A stretch of DNA of 64,000 nt from an uncultured bacterium (lineage in GTDB: Bacteria > Babelota > Babeliae > Babelales > Babelaceae): assembly GCA_963848965.1 (NCBI GenBank), contig CAWKFG010000001.1, positions 128,001 through 192,000 of the forward strand, read 5' to 3'. Positions 31,636 to 41,562 of the stretch are shown here, in pieces. The position numbers and the translations under genes were made by a program. Numbering within the stretch: the stretch's first letter is position 1; every line of letters starts with the position of its first letter. The notes beneath the pieces are model-generated. The model worked only from the letters and a program-made list of their open reading frames with translations, made no database searches and was not told the DNA's origin.

Positions 31636-32883
31636 TTAGCTGTTAGAGAAGGTGTCTAGAGCAGCACGTAGGCCTGCAGCTATGCGGGTAGTTTCAGTTG
31701 CTTGAGCGTAAGGTAGCCAGCTTGTGCGAGCATATGTTTGCAGGGGAGTAAGAGTTGGCAGAAGGTTGGGTGACCGGCAGAGTGTATGCTTAGTTGCAGG
31801 ATTAATAAGATGTAGATGGCAGTCATCAATAGAAGCCTTGATAGCGAGGTCTAGAGTGGATAGCAGAGGTTGTGCTTGATTGAGTGTATGCAGGAGGGCA
31901 GGGATAAGAACAACGAGTGGTAGGGGTGAAAGGGCGTTGCGTATGGCTTTAACTTCAGGAGAGTCGGTGGTGAAGAACGGTAAGTTGTATTGGTTGAGAA
32001 ACCAGAAGTTGAAGTGTCCGAATGCGATAGTGCTTTCGTGAGCGATAAGGCGTATGTCAAAGATGGGCTTTTTGTGATGATAGGGGAGATTGTGAATCTT
32101 GAAGAATTCGCGGAATGTTTGATAGCTTGCTCCGCTTGGAGTAGAGAATTGATCTTGTCCTTGCACACCATCGCCCTCAGAGTAAAGGCTAATTATTTTT
32201 GAAAAGAGAGGATGGAATGCATAATGTGCAGTTTCTGCTTGGATAGGAGTACCCAGGAGAATAAGATTCTTAATGTTTAGATGCTTTTTTTCATGATTTT
32301 CTGCTTCTGCAAGGTAAAGAAGCACATTACCGCCATGACTATAGCCGCAAAGTGTGATAGTGGTCTCATAGCCTTGTAAGCGATAGCTATGTTGGAGTGT
32401 ATGGAGGTGCTGGTAGAGATTGAATGCAGCCTCTTTGCGATGGGTAGCACTGAAGATACCGGAGAACCCGAAGGTATAGTAGTCGCTGTTGGAAGTAGGG
32501 TTAAAAAGGCGAGAGAGGGTATCGTAGGCACCGATAGTTTGGTATGCTCCTTTTTTGCTGAGCTCAGGTGGAAGTGTACGCTGGCAATAGAGACCGAGGG
32601 TAGAGGTGTTTATTTTTGTGAGTCCTTCATTGAGCATAAGTGAATCTTCTTGAAAGAGGGGATCTTTGCGAACTTTTGCCATACAACGAGCATACCAGTC
32701 TTCTTTAGCAATAGATTGTGTATATGATTTGTAGGGGTTTAAAAGAGCAAGACCCGGTAATATAGTACCATGTACAAAGATAACGATGTTCTTTTCTTTA
32801 CTAAAATAGTCGAGTTTTATTTCAAAAGTAGGCGCAAGAAGAACTGTACAGAGAATGAGCAGGCGAACAATAAATAAAACCAT
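31636..32883 (-). CDS. Alpha/beta-hydrolase-like exported or membrane-anchored protein
   Basis: IFVHGT and GYSHGG nucleophile elbow, LILLGTP; AAGGAG RBS before ATG 32883; hydrophobic N-terminus. Confidence 0.7.
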   Translation of the reverse strand: MVLFIVRLLILCTVLLAPTFEIKLDYFSKEKNIVIFVHGTILPGLALLNPYKSYTQSIAKEDWYARCMAKVRKDPLFQEDSLMLNEGLTKINTSTLGLYCQRTLPPELSKKGAYQTIGAYDTLSRLFNPTSNSDYYTFGFSGIFSATHRKEAAFNLYQHLHTLQHSYRLQGYETTITLCGYSHGGNVLLYLAEAENHEKKHLNIKNLILLGTPIQAETAHYAFHPLFSKIISLYSEGDGVQGQDQFSTPSGASYQTFREFFKIHNLPYHHKKPIFDIRLIAHESTIAFGHFNFWFLNQYNLPFFTTDSPEVKAIRNALSPLPLVVLIPALLHTLNQAQPLLSTLDLAIKASIDDCHLHLINPATKHTLCRSPNLLPTLTPLQTYARTSWLPYAQATETTRIAAGLRAALDTFSNS

Positions 32884-33020
32884 TGATAGCTCCTTGAGGA
32901 GAATCCTTTTATTTAAGTTTAGTTGAACTTTAAGAATCCGCAACGGCCCTATGCTTGTTTGACATAAAGTAATAATATTTTATGATAATAAATAAAACTA
33001 ATATTAGTGTGGGAAAATAT

Positions 33021-34466
33021 ATGTTTAAAAAATATTATTTATTATCGCTGTTAAGTGTCTCGTATCTTTTTTCGATGGAACCGGCTTTAGTGTCTTCTGT
33101 TGATTTTAATAAAACGTATTTAGGAGTATTGCCACAAGAGTTGCTTTCTCAGATCGTTTTGTATGTAAGTATGCTACCACAGCTTAAAAGTTGCGTGATT
33201 GAGCCTCTTGATCATCAAATCCTTGTATCTCGTGTTACTGAAGAACAATTAAGAGCCAAGGCAGAAGAAACTTTTTCTGCATTTATCAAAAGTGTTCAAA
33301 CTCTTGGTGCTTTATTAAAGATGGATAAAAAGCATCTTGAAAGTGAAGGTATTCATAATACTTTTTTAGATGTTCTTTCAGAACATCTTCAGCAGTACGA
33401 AATAAAGCTTATTGCTGAGTTCTTTAGAAAAACAGACGCAGGTTCTATGCTTGCACCAGCGCTCATCTCAGCAGATAAACATAAGGTTTTAGAATCTGTA
33501 GAGCAGTTGAATCAAGCTCTTGATAATTATTTAGAAAAGCATTCTGTGCTTTCTACATACCTTCCAAGAGAGGAGATCTTGAAGATAGATGCTGAGGATA
33601 ATACGATAAAAGATCTTTTCTTGCAGTTTCAAACTTTCCTTCTAGACCGTGCTGATGTTGGTTCACACGTATCAATCATGGCGATGAGATCATTACTAAG
33701 TAATGCTGATCTTACTATGCCATTAGACTCTGCTGGTATTTTATCAGATTTTAGTGATGATGATATAATTTATCCTGATAAAGCAGCTTTAAAAGCAGCT
33801 CCACTCTATTATGCTTATGCCACCAAGTCTGCAGCAAATGTTTTTAAGAATATGTGCTATTCTTCGATTGAGGACCCGCTTGTAGAGTTACTTTATTTAA
33901 CACCCTTAGGAAGCAGATTTGATAAAATGTTTATTTCAGCGCTTTTAGCTACTCCGCAAGCGTTTAAATGGTTAAGAAAGTATTTAGCAAGTACTCCTAA
34001 AGCAGCAACCGACTGCTTGTGTCTTGCAGCAGCACTTGATAATAAAGAGCTTGCTCTTCTAGCTCTTGAGTGTGGAGCAGATAGTAATGGCTTTCAAAGT
34101 GTTTATTGCTTTAAAGGAACCTATCTTATAGCTTTGAGCAAAAATAAGAAACTAGCAACGTATATTACTAGATTTACTCCATTACACATTGCTGCTATTT
34201 GTGGTCATAAAGAGATAGTAGAAGTTTTATTACAAAAAGGTGCTCGTCTAGATGTGGCTGATAGCCAAGGAAGTACTGCTCTTACAGAAGCAATTATGCA
34301 TCGCAATAAAGAAATGGTTAAGTTCTTGCTTGAAGCTGGTGCAAGTCCTTCTTTTCAAACGCCAGGAGGTTTAGATCCTTTAGAAGTTGCTAAGCAAATA
34401 AGTAATACTAATGTTCGAGAAGAAATAATTGCGCTTTTGAAACACTATTTTGCTAAGGAGCTATAA
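33021..34466 (+). CDS. Signal peptide + F-box-like motif + C-terminal ankyrin repeats
   Basis: LFS-MEP; YLGVLPQELLSQIVLYV; FTPLHIAAICGHKEIVEVLL, GSTALTEA. Confidence 0.8.
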   Translation: MFKKYYLLSLLSVSYLFSMEPALVSSVDFNKTYLGVLPQELLSQIVLYVSMLPQLKSCVIEPLDHQILVSRVTEEQLRAKAEETFSAFIKSVQTLGALLKMDKKHLESEGIHNTFLDVLSEHLQQYEIKLIAEFFRKTDAGSMLAPALISADKHKVLESVEQLNQALDNYLEKHSVLSTYLPREEILKIDAEDNTIKDLFLQFQTFLLDRADVGSHVSIMAMRSLLSNADLTMPLDSAGILSDFSDDDIIYPDKAALKAAPLYYAYATKSAANVFKNMCYSSIEDPLVELLYLTPLGSRFDKMFISALLATPQAFKWLRKYLASTPKAATDCLCLAAALDNKELALLALECGADSNGFQSVYCFKGTYLIALSKNKKLATYITRFTPLHIAAICGHKEIVEVLLQKGARLDVADSQGSTALTEAIMHRNKEMVKFLLEAGASPSFQTPGGLDPLEVAKQISNTNVREEIIALLKHYFAKEL

Positions 34467-34598
34467 AAAGGCACAGTGGCACATCTTGCTTAATTATAAA
34501 TATAAAAATGTACAATCAGGCAAGTTGCGCATTGTGTAAATGTCAAGATTGGTGTATCATTAAAAAAGCAGTGCTTCAAAAAACCTAAGGGAGGTCCC

Positions 34599-35639
34599 AT
34601 GAATCTTTTATGGCAGTTGGGAGTATTAGTATCACTAATGCTAGGGAGTCAACTCTTTGGAATGCAAGAAGAATTTAGGGAAGTGAGTCGTACTTATGGT
34701 CAATATATAGCAGAATTTGTCTCCCGGTTAACTCATGAGCAATATAAGCAGCTTGTCTTGCATCCTTATTTTTTTGATAATCCTTGTGAATTACTTGAAA
34801 GTACTTTTGTACAAGAGCTTACAGAAGAACAAAAGATGCTTTTTTTAAAAGTTGCTAGAGAATATAATTCAGATACGTGGTCTGATTTTAAGGAACTAGT
34901 ACTTAAAAATCTGTTTGCTTTTAGTGCATTAACTCCAGAAGCTTTAAAAGATCTTCAAATAAATCAAATAAGCGTTGAGCAATTTGATGCTCCTTGGAAC
35001 AAGAGAATACAAGAATTTATAAAGAATGATAAAAAAATAAAAGAATTTACATGGAACTTATTAGAAAGATCGTGGTGTCCCATTGATTCTCAAGATTTGT
35101 GCTCTTCAACACTATCACTATTTAAAGAAGATGAAATGGTAGAAGAGATACAAACGTCATTTCAAAACAAGCTTTCTCCTGGATGGTGGCAGTGGACATG
35201 GCAAAAGTGTAGTGCAGTAAAAGAATGGTGGTACAGTGACCAATCCGAGCTTAGAGATCAACAGTGGCTTATAAAGTTTGGCTCTCTGTTTTCTAAATTA
35301 AAACGAGAACAGCGTTGGTTTCTCATTGATATTATACAGATTTTGCAAGGATATAAAAATATTCTTCTTGATGATGCCTATAATAGTAAACTAATAACAG
35401 TTGCTCTTAGCATGTTTTCAAATCAAAGAGACTATCTTCGTGCTGTATGTTACTGGTATCTTGAGGCTTTTGTATTTCAGCGTCTTCTCGAGTATGGTTA
35501 TTGTAAACCTCATGAGCGGGAACTCTTTGCAAAGTCTTTTAAAGATAAGTTTGATGAGCATATAATGCATCTTAATGAGCAAGAACAAGCGAGAGCACAT
35601 AATATTAGAAGAGTTTGTAAAATTGTTTTGCTCTATTAA
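34599..35639 (+). CDS. Exported hypothetical protein
   Basis: GGAGG RBS; signal peptide ending LFG-MQEE; no recognisable domain. Confidence 0.75.
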   Translation: MNLLWQLGVLVSLMLGSQLFGMQEEFREVSRTYGQYIAEFVSRLTHEQYKQLVLHPYFFDNPCELLESTFVQELTEEQKMLFLKVAREYNSDTWSDFKELVLKNLFAFSALTPEALKDLQINQISVEQFDAPWNKRIQEFIKNDKKIKEFTWNLLERSWCPIDSQDLCSSTLSLFKEDEMVEEIQTSFQNKLSPGWWQWTWQKCSAVKEWWYSDQSELRDQQWLIKFGSLFSKLKREQRWFLIDIIQILQGYKNILLDDAYNSKLITVALSMFSNQRDYLRAVCYWYLEAFVFQRLLEYGYCKPHERELFAKSFKDKFDEHIMHLNEQEQARAHNIRRVCKIVLLY

Positions 35640-35735
35640 GCTGTACTTTAACCTGCTGAATCTTTTTCTTTCATAACTATCATTATTTTTTTGCGTTTTT
35701 CCTCAGAGAGCTTGATAATTGGAATTATTATATTT

Positions 35736-35973
35736 ATGAAATCATCACGATTAACGTCAAAATACCAAGCAACAATTCTCTAAAAAAATAAGAGAATTGC
35801 TTAATCTTAAGGCAGGCGATACCATAGTTTTTGACATAATAGATAAAGGTACTGTAGTAATGCAAAAAGCTAAGAAATTTGATAAAGAGTACTTAGAAAT
35901 GGTATACAAAATGCTCAATGAATGGGATTCAAAAGAGGATGATGAAGCGTATGAACACCTTCAAAATCTTTAA
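35736..35973 (+). pseudogene. AbrB/MazE-family antitoxin, frameshifted
   Basis: MKSSRLTSKYQATI / KKIRELLNLKAGDTIVF...EWDSKEDDEAYEHL; frameshift near 35779. Confidence 0.8.
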
Positions 35974-36145
35974 TGTGCCTATAACAAATCTTATAAGTTG
36001 TGGTCTTCAGAAGCCTCCAGTGATCCGTTTAAAACTATTTACCATTGATCATAGATTAGTTATTGATAAGATAGGCACGTTAGCATATGAAGACCAAGAC
36101 AAAGTAAAAGAACATATGGCTTTAGTATTTGCAGCTTTGCTTTGA
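35972..36145 (+). pseudogene. C-terminal remnant of PemK/MazF-family toxin
   Basis: VPITNLISCGLQKPPVIRLKLFTIDHRLVIDKIGTL directly after the antitoxin; N-terminal half missing. Confidence 0.7.
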
Positions 36146-36778
36146 GAAAACTTTCTTAAAAAGTTCCAAGTCTTCGCTGCTAAAGAGTATAAAATAAATA
36201 TGAGTTAATGTTGTAGCTTGTGTCTTAGCAAAATCTATAATTGTCTTAAGAGCACTAGTAGCGGCTCGTTCTTTTGGAAAAGCGTATATAGCAGAACTTA
36301 TAAAAGGAAAAGCTATACTTTGAGCTTTTTTCTCAGTAGCTAATTCTAAGCTGTGTAAATATGCTTCTTTTAGCAATTTGTCTTGCTCTTTACTATCTTT
36401 AATAATGCGGCAATCGGGGCCAACAGCATGAATTATATGCGTAATACCATATGTTTGTAAGTTAAAGCTTGGAGTAATACAAGCAGTTCCTGTAGGACAA
36501 CGAATACCATTCTTCTGAGCAGGGATACTGTTACATGCTTCTTGTAAAGCATCTTTTCCGGCTGCTTTGAAAATAGCACCACATACTCCACTGCCTGCTT
36601 GCAGCTCTTTATTTGCTGCATTAACAATAATATCTACCTGTTGCTTGGTTATATCTCCTTGCATACAGGTTATAGTAACGTTGTTAATTTTATATGAAAA
36701 TGGTGTACTATCTGCGCTACTGTTTTTGCATACAGTAACAGTGAGTACAGTCAATAAGCACAAAACAAATTTTTTCAT
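36122..36778 (-). CDS. Macro domain protein (ADP-ribose binding/hydrolase) with signal peptide
   Basis: QGDITKQQVDIIVNAAN, GSGVCGAIFKAAG, IIHAVGP, SIAFPFISSAIY. Confidence 0.92.
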   Translation of the reverse strand: MKKFVLCLLTVLTVTVCKNSSADSTPFSYKINNVTITCMQGDITKQQVDIIVNAANKELQAGSGVCGAIFKAAGKDALQEACNSIPAQKNGIRCPTGTACITPSFNLQTYGITHIIHAVGPDCRIIKDSKEQDKLLKEAYLHSLELATEKKAQSIAFPFISSAIYAFPKERAATSALKTIIDFAKTQATTLTHIYFILFSSEDLELFKKVFSKQSCKY

Positions 36779-36938
36779 AATTTTCCTTGAGTATGGCCGT
36801 ATTTGATTTTGTCTTTAGTGTACCACTCTAGAAAGATGATTCAACTGCTGCGGTAAAAGATTACTATGCTGTTATAGAGAGCTTTCTACTGTACAGTATA
36901 TGCTTTATCAACAATAAGTACCAAACGTTGAGAATCTA

Positions 36939-38003
36939 CTATATATGAGTGTTTACAGTATTTGCAGACTCTTTAAATGGCATATCATAGAAATCTTCTC
37001 CATAAGCAAAGGGCTGGAAATAGATACAAGGTTTTAGACCAGTACGAGCAAAAAACGGGGTAAGAAGTTCCTTTAAGTTCTCTTTAAATGTTTGAAAAAA
37101 CTCTTTTTCTTTAGGTACTAAATAATAGGTAAATTCCTTATTAGGTAGTAAGAAGACGATAGTACATTCTTTTTGTTTTTGCTTAACAGCATAACATGCT
37201 ATCTCATATATATAATAAATGGCTTCTAGATACTGTAGAAAAGGAAAAATTTGTGTGTGATCGAAATCCAAAAGATTTTTGCTTTGAGTCAAAGGACAAT
37301 AATCTAAACAAGAGGGTGTATAACCTATGGTGCGTAAAGAAAAGCGAGCATAGAGGTCACGCGGCTCTGTACGTATGAGCTGGGAGCTTGCTTTTTTAGT
37401 TACTTTACCAAAGTTACATGTATAGAGCCAAGAAAAGAATTTGTTAGCTTGTAAGATCTGATATGAAGTACTTAAAGGAAGAGAAAGCAAAGTTGTAGAA
37501 ACGTCGCTTAAAAGAGGACATTCGTCTTTCTTGAGTACTTTTATGGAGGATTCTTGAATTACTTTTTTATAATCAGGACATGCACGCAACTTTTGATCTT
37601 TGGTTGAAAAATAGCGCCATGCTGTAAGATCGGTAAGCCAAAAAGTGGCCTGAAATGGTAGTAATTGAGTGAAAATAGTATCTTGATACCAGCGGGTACC
37701 GCTCGATGACAGGTTTCCAAAGTGGTCAGTAAACCAAAGAACGATATGAGGATTTTTTTTAGTTTTAAGAACTTCTACTACTTTTTTACTAGAAAGCTCG
37801 TGCTGAAATCCAAGAGTTTTGTAAAGGGCTTTTCTTTCTTCAAGTGTATATTGGCGAAGGCTTTTAAGAAGAGTAAGTGGCATCTTTTTAATGGCTTGAT
37901 CGTAGTGTATTGTTACTTCAAAAGAAGATGCTTTTTGTGTGAGTAAAAAGGTTCCTATTGCTAGAGTTATAAGTGTTATGAACATAAGTAAGAATTTATA
38001 CAT
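36939..38003 (-). CDS. Hypothetical exported/anchored protein, paralog of 38048..39142
   Basis: Shared motifs WFTxxFG, ATFWLTDLxAW, LQYLExxYY, PNKEFTYYLVP, YFQPFAY. Confidence 0.8.
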   Translation of the reverse strand: MYKFLLMFITLITLAIGTFLLTQKASSFEVTIHYDQAIKKMPLTLLKSLRQYTLEERKALYKTLGFQHELSSKKVVEVLKTKKNPHIVLWFTDHFGNLSSSGTRWYQDTIFTQLLPFQATFWLTDLTAWRYFSTKDQKLRACPDYKKVIQESSIKVLKKDECPLLSDVSTTLLSLPLSTSYQILQANKFFSWLYTCNFGKVTKKASSQLIRTEPRDLYARFSLRTIGYTPSCLDYCPLTQSKNLLDFDHTQIFPFLQYLEAIYYIYEIACYAVKQKQKECTIVFLLPNKEFTYYLVPKEKEFFQTFKENLKELLTPFFARTGLKPCIYFQPFAYGEDFYDMPFKESANTVNTHI

Positions 38004-38047
38004 GATAATCCTTTAAAGGGGGAACACCTTACAGTGTTCCCTTTGTA

Positions 38048-39142
38048 TTATGGCAGATATTTCTCTAACTTTGATTTGTTACAAGGGTTACCTACAGCTC
38101 TATACGGTGATGCAAAGAGTGTATTATCTTGTGGTGTATAATAAGCAAATGGTTGAAAATAGACTGAGATACGAAACCCTGGCGGTAATGAAAATGTAGA
38201 GATAACAGTTTCTAAGTCTTGCTTAAACGTGCTCAAGAGTGACTGTTCCTGTGGTACAAGATAATAAGTAAACTCTTTATTTGGTATAAAAAAGACAATA
38301 GAACACTCTTTTGCAGACGGATCATTAGTTAGCGTATCTTTAATAATGTTAGAGGCATAGTAGAGGCCCTCAAGGTATTGAAGAAGACGAAAGATGAGCG
38401 TAAAGTCAGCTGTAAGAAATGTTTGCCGAGCAAGTTTAGTACTTACTATGTCTAATAAAGGGGATGTATAGCCTAGATTTTGTAAAGAACAAGGAGCTCT
38501 TCCTTCGCGTCGTTGCGTTTTACATAAAAGATCGGCCTTATCAAGGATAAGCTCAAACAAAGAAAATTCTTCGGTCTTATTGGTAAGAGCTTTGAAAAAG
38601 TCCTGTGAAAAAAGAGGGCGATACCGTTTTTTAGTGCATGTAACTTTTGCTAAAACTTCTGAACGCTTTGTAGTCAGAGGACATTCTTCTTGCTTTAATT
38701 GCTCGTTATTGTCTAATTTTGCAATAAGTGCACTATAGTTTTGTGATAGTTGCTTTTTATCAATTGCAAGAAAACACCATGCTCGTAGATCGGTGAGCCA
38801 AAAGGTGGCTTGAGGAATTTTATTAAAAAGATTGGTGCTATACCAGAGTGCAGTAGAAGGCATGATACTACCAAAGTAGTTAGTAAACCATATGACAACC
38901 TGAGGATTGTTAAGAGCAGCTATAGTTGCAACTGCTTTTTCTAGTGGAAAGAGCTCTTTAAAGAGGGCAAACATTTGTGCTTGTGTCTCCTCATTTGCAG
39001 TCCGAGCACTTCTCAATTCTTCTAAATAAGGTTTAAGTTTATTAATACAAGGATCGTAAGCGACCGTTAAGGAACTTGGTTGTTCCATTGCTTGCATGAA
39101 TCCCCCTGTAAAGGATAGAAAGAGTAAAAGTAGCGTTTTCAT
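38048..39142 (-). CDS. Hypothetical exported protein, paralog of 36939..38003
   Basis: Signal peptide ending MQA-MEQP; same shared motifs. Confidence 0.8.
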   Translation of the reverse strand: MKTLLLLFLSFTGGFMQAMEQPSSLTVAYDPCINKLKPYLEELRSARTANEETQAQMFALFKELFPLEKAVATIAALNNPQVVIWFTNYFGSIMPSTALWYSTNLFNKIPQATFWLTDLRAWCFLAIDKKQLSQNYSALIAKLDNNEQLKQEECPLTTKRSEVLAKVTCTKKRYRPLFSQDFFKALTNKTEEFSLFELILDKADLLCKTQRREGRAPCSLQNLGYTSPLLDIVSTKLARQTFLTADFTLIFRLLQYLEGLYYASNIIKDTLTNDPSAKECSIVFFIPNKEFTYYLVPQEQSLLSTFKQDLETVISTFSLPPGFRISVYFQPFAYYTPQDNTLFASPYRAVGNPCNKSKLEKYLP

Positions 39143-39156
39143 GATTTTTCTTTCGT

Positions 39157-39859
39157 TTAAAAATATGTTAAAAATTGTTGTAATTCGTTTTGCTCAGGGA
39201 GCTCTTGAATAGTTTGAGTATTCCATGTTCCAATGAGTGTTCCGTCCTGTAAAAGAGCAATTTCTTGAGCAGCATTCTTTACAAAATCCATATCTTGGCT
39301 CGAAAAGAGCACAGTAATTCCCTGTGTGCTTAATGTCTTAAGGAGCTCTGTAAGAAGTGCACTATTTTCAGGATCTAGTGCAGACGTAGGTTCATCCATA
39401 CACAGTATTTGTGGTTCTAAAACTAATGCTCGAGCAAGTGCAACTCGTTGTTGCTGTCCTCCTGACAATTGGGTAGGGTATTTATCCTTGTGAGATTGGA
39501 TACCAAAGTAGGTAAGCATAGAAAGCGCTTTCTCATATGCTTGGGCTTTTGTGAGTTTTTTAGTAACTACAAGAGACTGCATGCAATTTTCAAGCGCTGT
39601 CAGGTGTGGAAACAGGTTATAGTGCTGGAATACAAGCCCTATAGTTTGGGCTTTCTGTTGACAAGAAAGAGTTTTTAGTTCTGTTTGGTTAAAGGTAATA
39701 GAACCAGTATATGAACGTTTCAATTGAGTTATGCATTCTAAGCAGAGTTGTCTTACCCGCGCCACTTTTTCCAATGAGTGCGGTAATGCTTCCAGGCATA
39801 AGAGTCAGTGAAAGTTCTTTTAAAATAGTTTTATAAGAAAGATTTTGTACGATTAACAT
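39157..39859 (-). CDS. Polar amino acid ABC transporter ATPase, frameshifted near 39737
   Basis: Walker A GKSGAGKTT in one frame; LSGGQQQRVALARAL and MDEPTSALDPE in the next; one extra base between KTTLLR and CITQL. Confidence 0.88.
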
Positions 39860-40490
39860 TATATTTCCTTTCAAGAAGTTGACCAAATGCTGAAACTGCA
39901 CAGGTGAGTACAAGGTATATACCGGCAATGCTTAATGAGACACCAAGTGGGTTGAATGAACGATACATAATGTTCATGCTCATCTTAGTAAGCTCGAGTG
40001 TTCCTATGCTTGCAAGGATTGAAGTACTTTTCATAACCATAACGTATTCGCTTGTAAGTGCAGGAAGAGCAGCGCGAAACATTTGTGGTACTATGATATA
40101 GCGCAGTTGTTGCATGTTTGTGTATCCTAAAGCGTGAGCTGCTTGCCATTGTCCACGGGCAATGCTATTAAGTGTTCCTCGTATAATTTCAGAGACGTGT
40201 GCAGCTGAACAGAGGCCTAGAGTGATAACACCTGCAGTAAAAGGAGAGAATGTGATACTTGTAAGCTGTGGAAGTACAAAATAGACAAGCATAAGCTGAG
40301 CATACAGAGGTATTCCTCGTAAAAGCAGGGTTAGGATACCAAGCGGTACAGCAAGGGCTGCTGTGCGCAGCCAAGAGCAGCGCACAGTACCTATACCTAT
40401 TCCTATAACAAGACTTATTGCTGTTGAAACTATCCAAAGTTTACAGGTGGTGATAGTTCCTTGTACTAACAAGGGAATCCAAGCTGTCAT
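39831..40490 (-). CDS. Polar amino acid ABC transporter permease
   Basis: RGIPLYAQL, SEIIRG, GQWQAAHALG, IIVPQMFR. Confidence 0.93.
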   Translation of the reverse strand: MTAWIPLLVQGTITTCKLWIVSTAISLVIGIGIGTVRCSWLRTAALAVPLGILTLLLRGIPLYAQLMLVYFVLPQLTSITFSPFTAGVITLGLCSAAHVSEIIRGTLNSIARGQWQAAHALGYTNMQQLRYIIVPQMFRAALPALTSEYVMVMKSTSILASIGTLELTKMSMNIMYRSFNPLGVSLSIAGIYLVLTCAVSAFGQLLERKYNVNRTKSFL

Positions 40491-41275
40491 TGTACCTCCT
40501 TAGAAAACCATTGCTTCTCTTTTTGTGCTAAGAAGCCCTCTTTTTTAAGATCGGCTATGATAGCTTCTATTTTAGAGATAAGTGCGGTATTCTCCTTGTT
40601 TATTCCTATCCCGCAGCCAAGGATTTTATACTTCTCACTAAGTGGTACAACTAGTGAAACAAGTTCTGGATACTTCTTTTTCAAACTTTGATAGAGTGCA
40701 GGTTCAAGTAATGTAGCAAGTGCTTTGCCATACTGAATCTCGAGGATAGATCCTAGAGGATCTACACGCTTAATTTCAAAGCCTTTAAAGCTTTCAAGAA
40801 TTGGCTCTTGGCTAGAACCAGGCTCAACGCATACAATAGCGCCAGGAATAGAAGAAAGATCTTCAAGCTTTTGTACTCCTGTAGGAATTGTTTTCCAGAA
40901 TATAAGCGGTAAAGAGGTAATAGGCTCTCCTTGGTAAGGAACCATGGCCATTTTGGCAAGCCGTTCAGAGGTGATATCAAGACCGGTCATAATAAAGTCT
41001 ACGGAGCCTTGTTGCAGTGCCTGAATAAGATAGGCGGTATCCATATCTTTTATGAGGAGCTTTTTATTGAGCCTTCGTGCAATCTCTTGAGCAACATCAA
41101 TATCGAAGCCTTCATAATTGCCTAGCTCATTCATACTTACATAGGGTGGCCATCCACTCATGGTGCCCATTACAATAGTTTTGCTTTTATCAACTTCAGC
41201 AGAGCTTTTATACAGTTGTAATCCAATAAACGTACACAGTGGTACTAAAGCTAGAAAATATATGTTTTTAAACAT
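40487..41275 (-). CDS. Polar amino acid ABC transporter substrate-binding protein (family 3)
   Basis: WPPY, EGFDIDVAQEIARRL, GLDITSER. Confidence 0.92.
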   Translation of the reverse strand: MFKNIYFLALVPLCTFIGLQLYKSSAEVDKSKTIVMGTMSGWPPYVSMNELGNYEGFDIDVAQEIARRLNKKLLIKDMDTAYLIQALQQGSVDFIMTGLDITSERLAKMAMVPYQGEPITSLPLIFWKTIPTGVQKLEDLSSIPGAIVCVEPGSSQEPILESFKGFEIKRVDPLGSILEIQYGKALATLLEPALYQSLKKKYPELVSLVVPLSEKYKILGCGIGINKENTALISKIEAIIADLKKEGFLAQKEKQWFSKEVQ

Positions 41276-41429
41276 AGTTATCCTTTAATAAATTCAAATA
41301 GAAATTAATTTTAATAACAAATAAGTTAGGGAAAATAATTATTTTTGTACAGTACTCTTTAAAACAAAGAGATGCTTTGCTTTAACAAATACTTACAAAT
41401 GATGTATAAAATAATGGGAATGCCAAAGA

Positions 41430-41522
41430 TTAATGGCAATGATGATAGTGGTGATGAAAAGAAGAAAGAGAAGAAGGAGAGAGAATAAAAGATTGTTCTA
41501 AAAGATACTTAATAGGTATCAT
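41430..41522 (-). promoter_or_regulatory. Putative His-rich leader peptide (30 aa)
   Basis: MIPIKYLLEQSFILSPSSLSSFHHHYHHCH*; GAAAGGG RBS; 30-nt pyrimidine tract at 41456-41485. Confidence 0.8.
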
Positions 41523-41562
41523 AACATGCCCTTTCTTTGTTTAAATATAATTCTAACTCTTT

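Noticed and set aside
31851..32643. Alternative ORFs within the hydrolase gene
   Set aside because: Explained by the strong strand compositional skew of this gene
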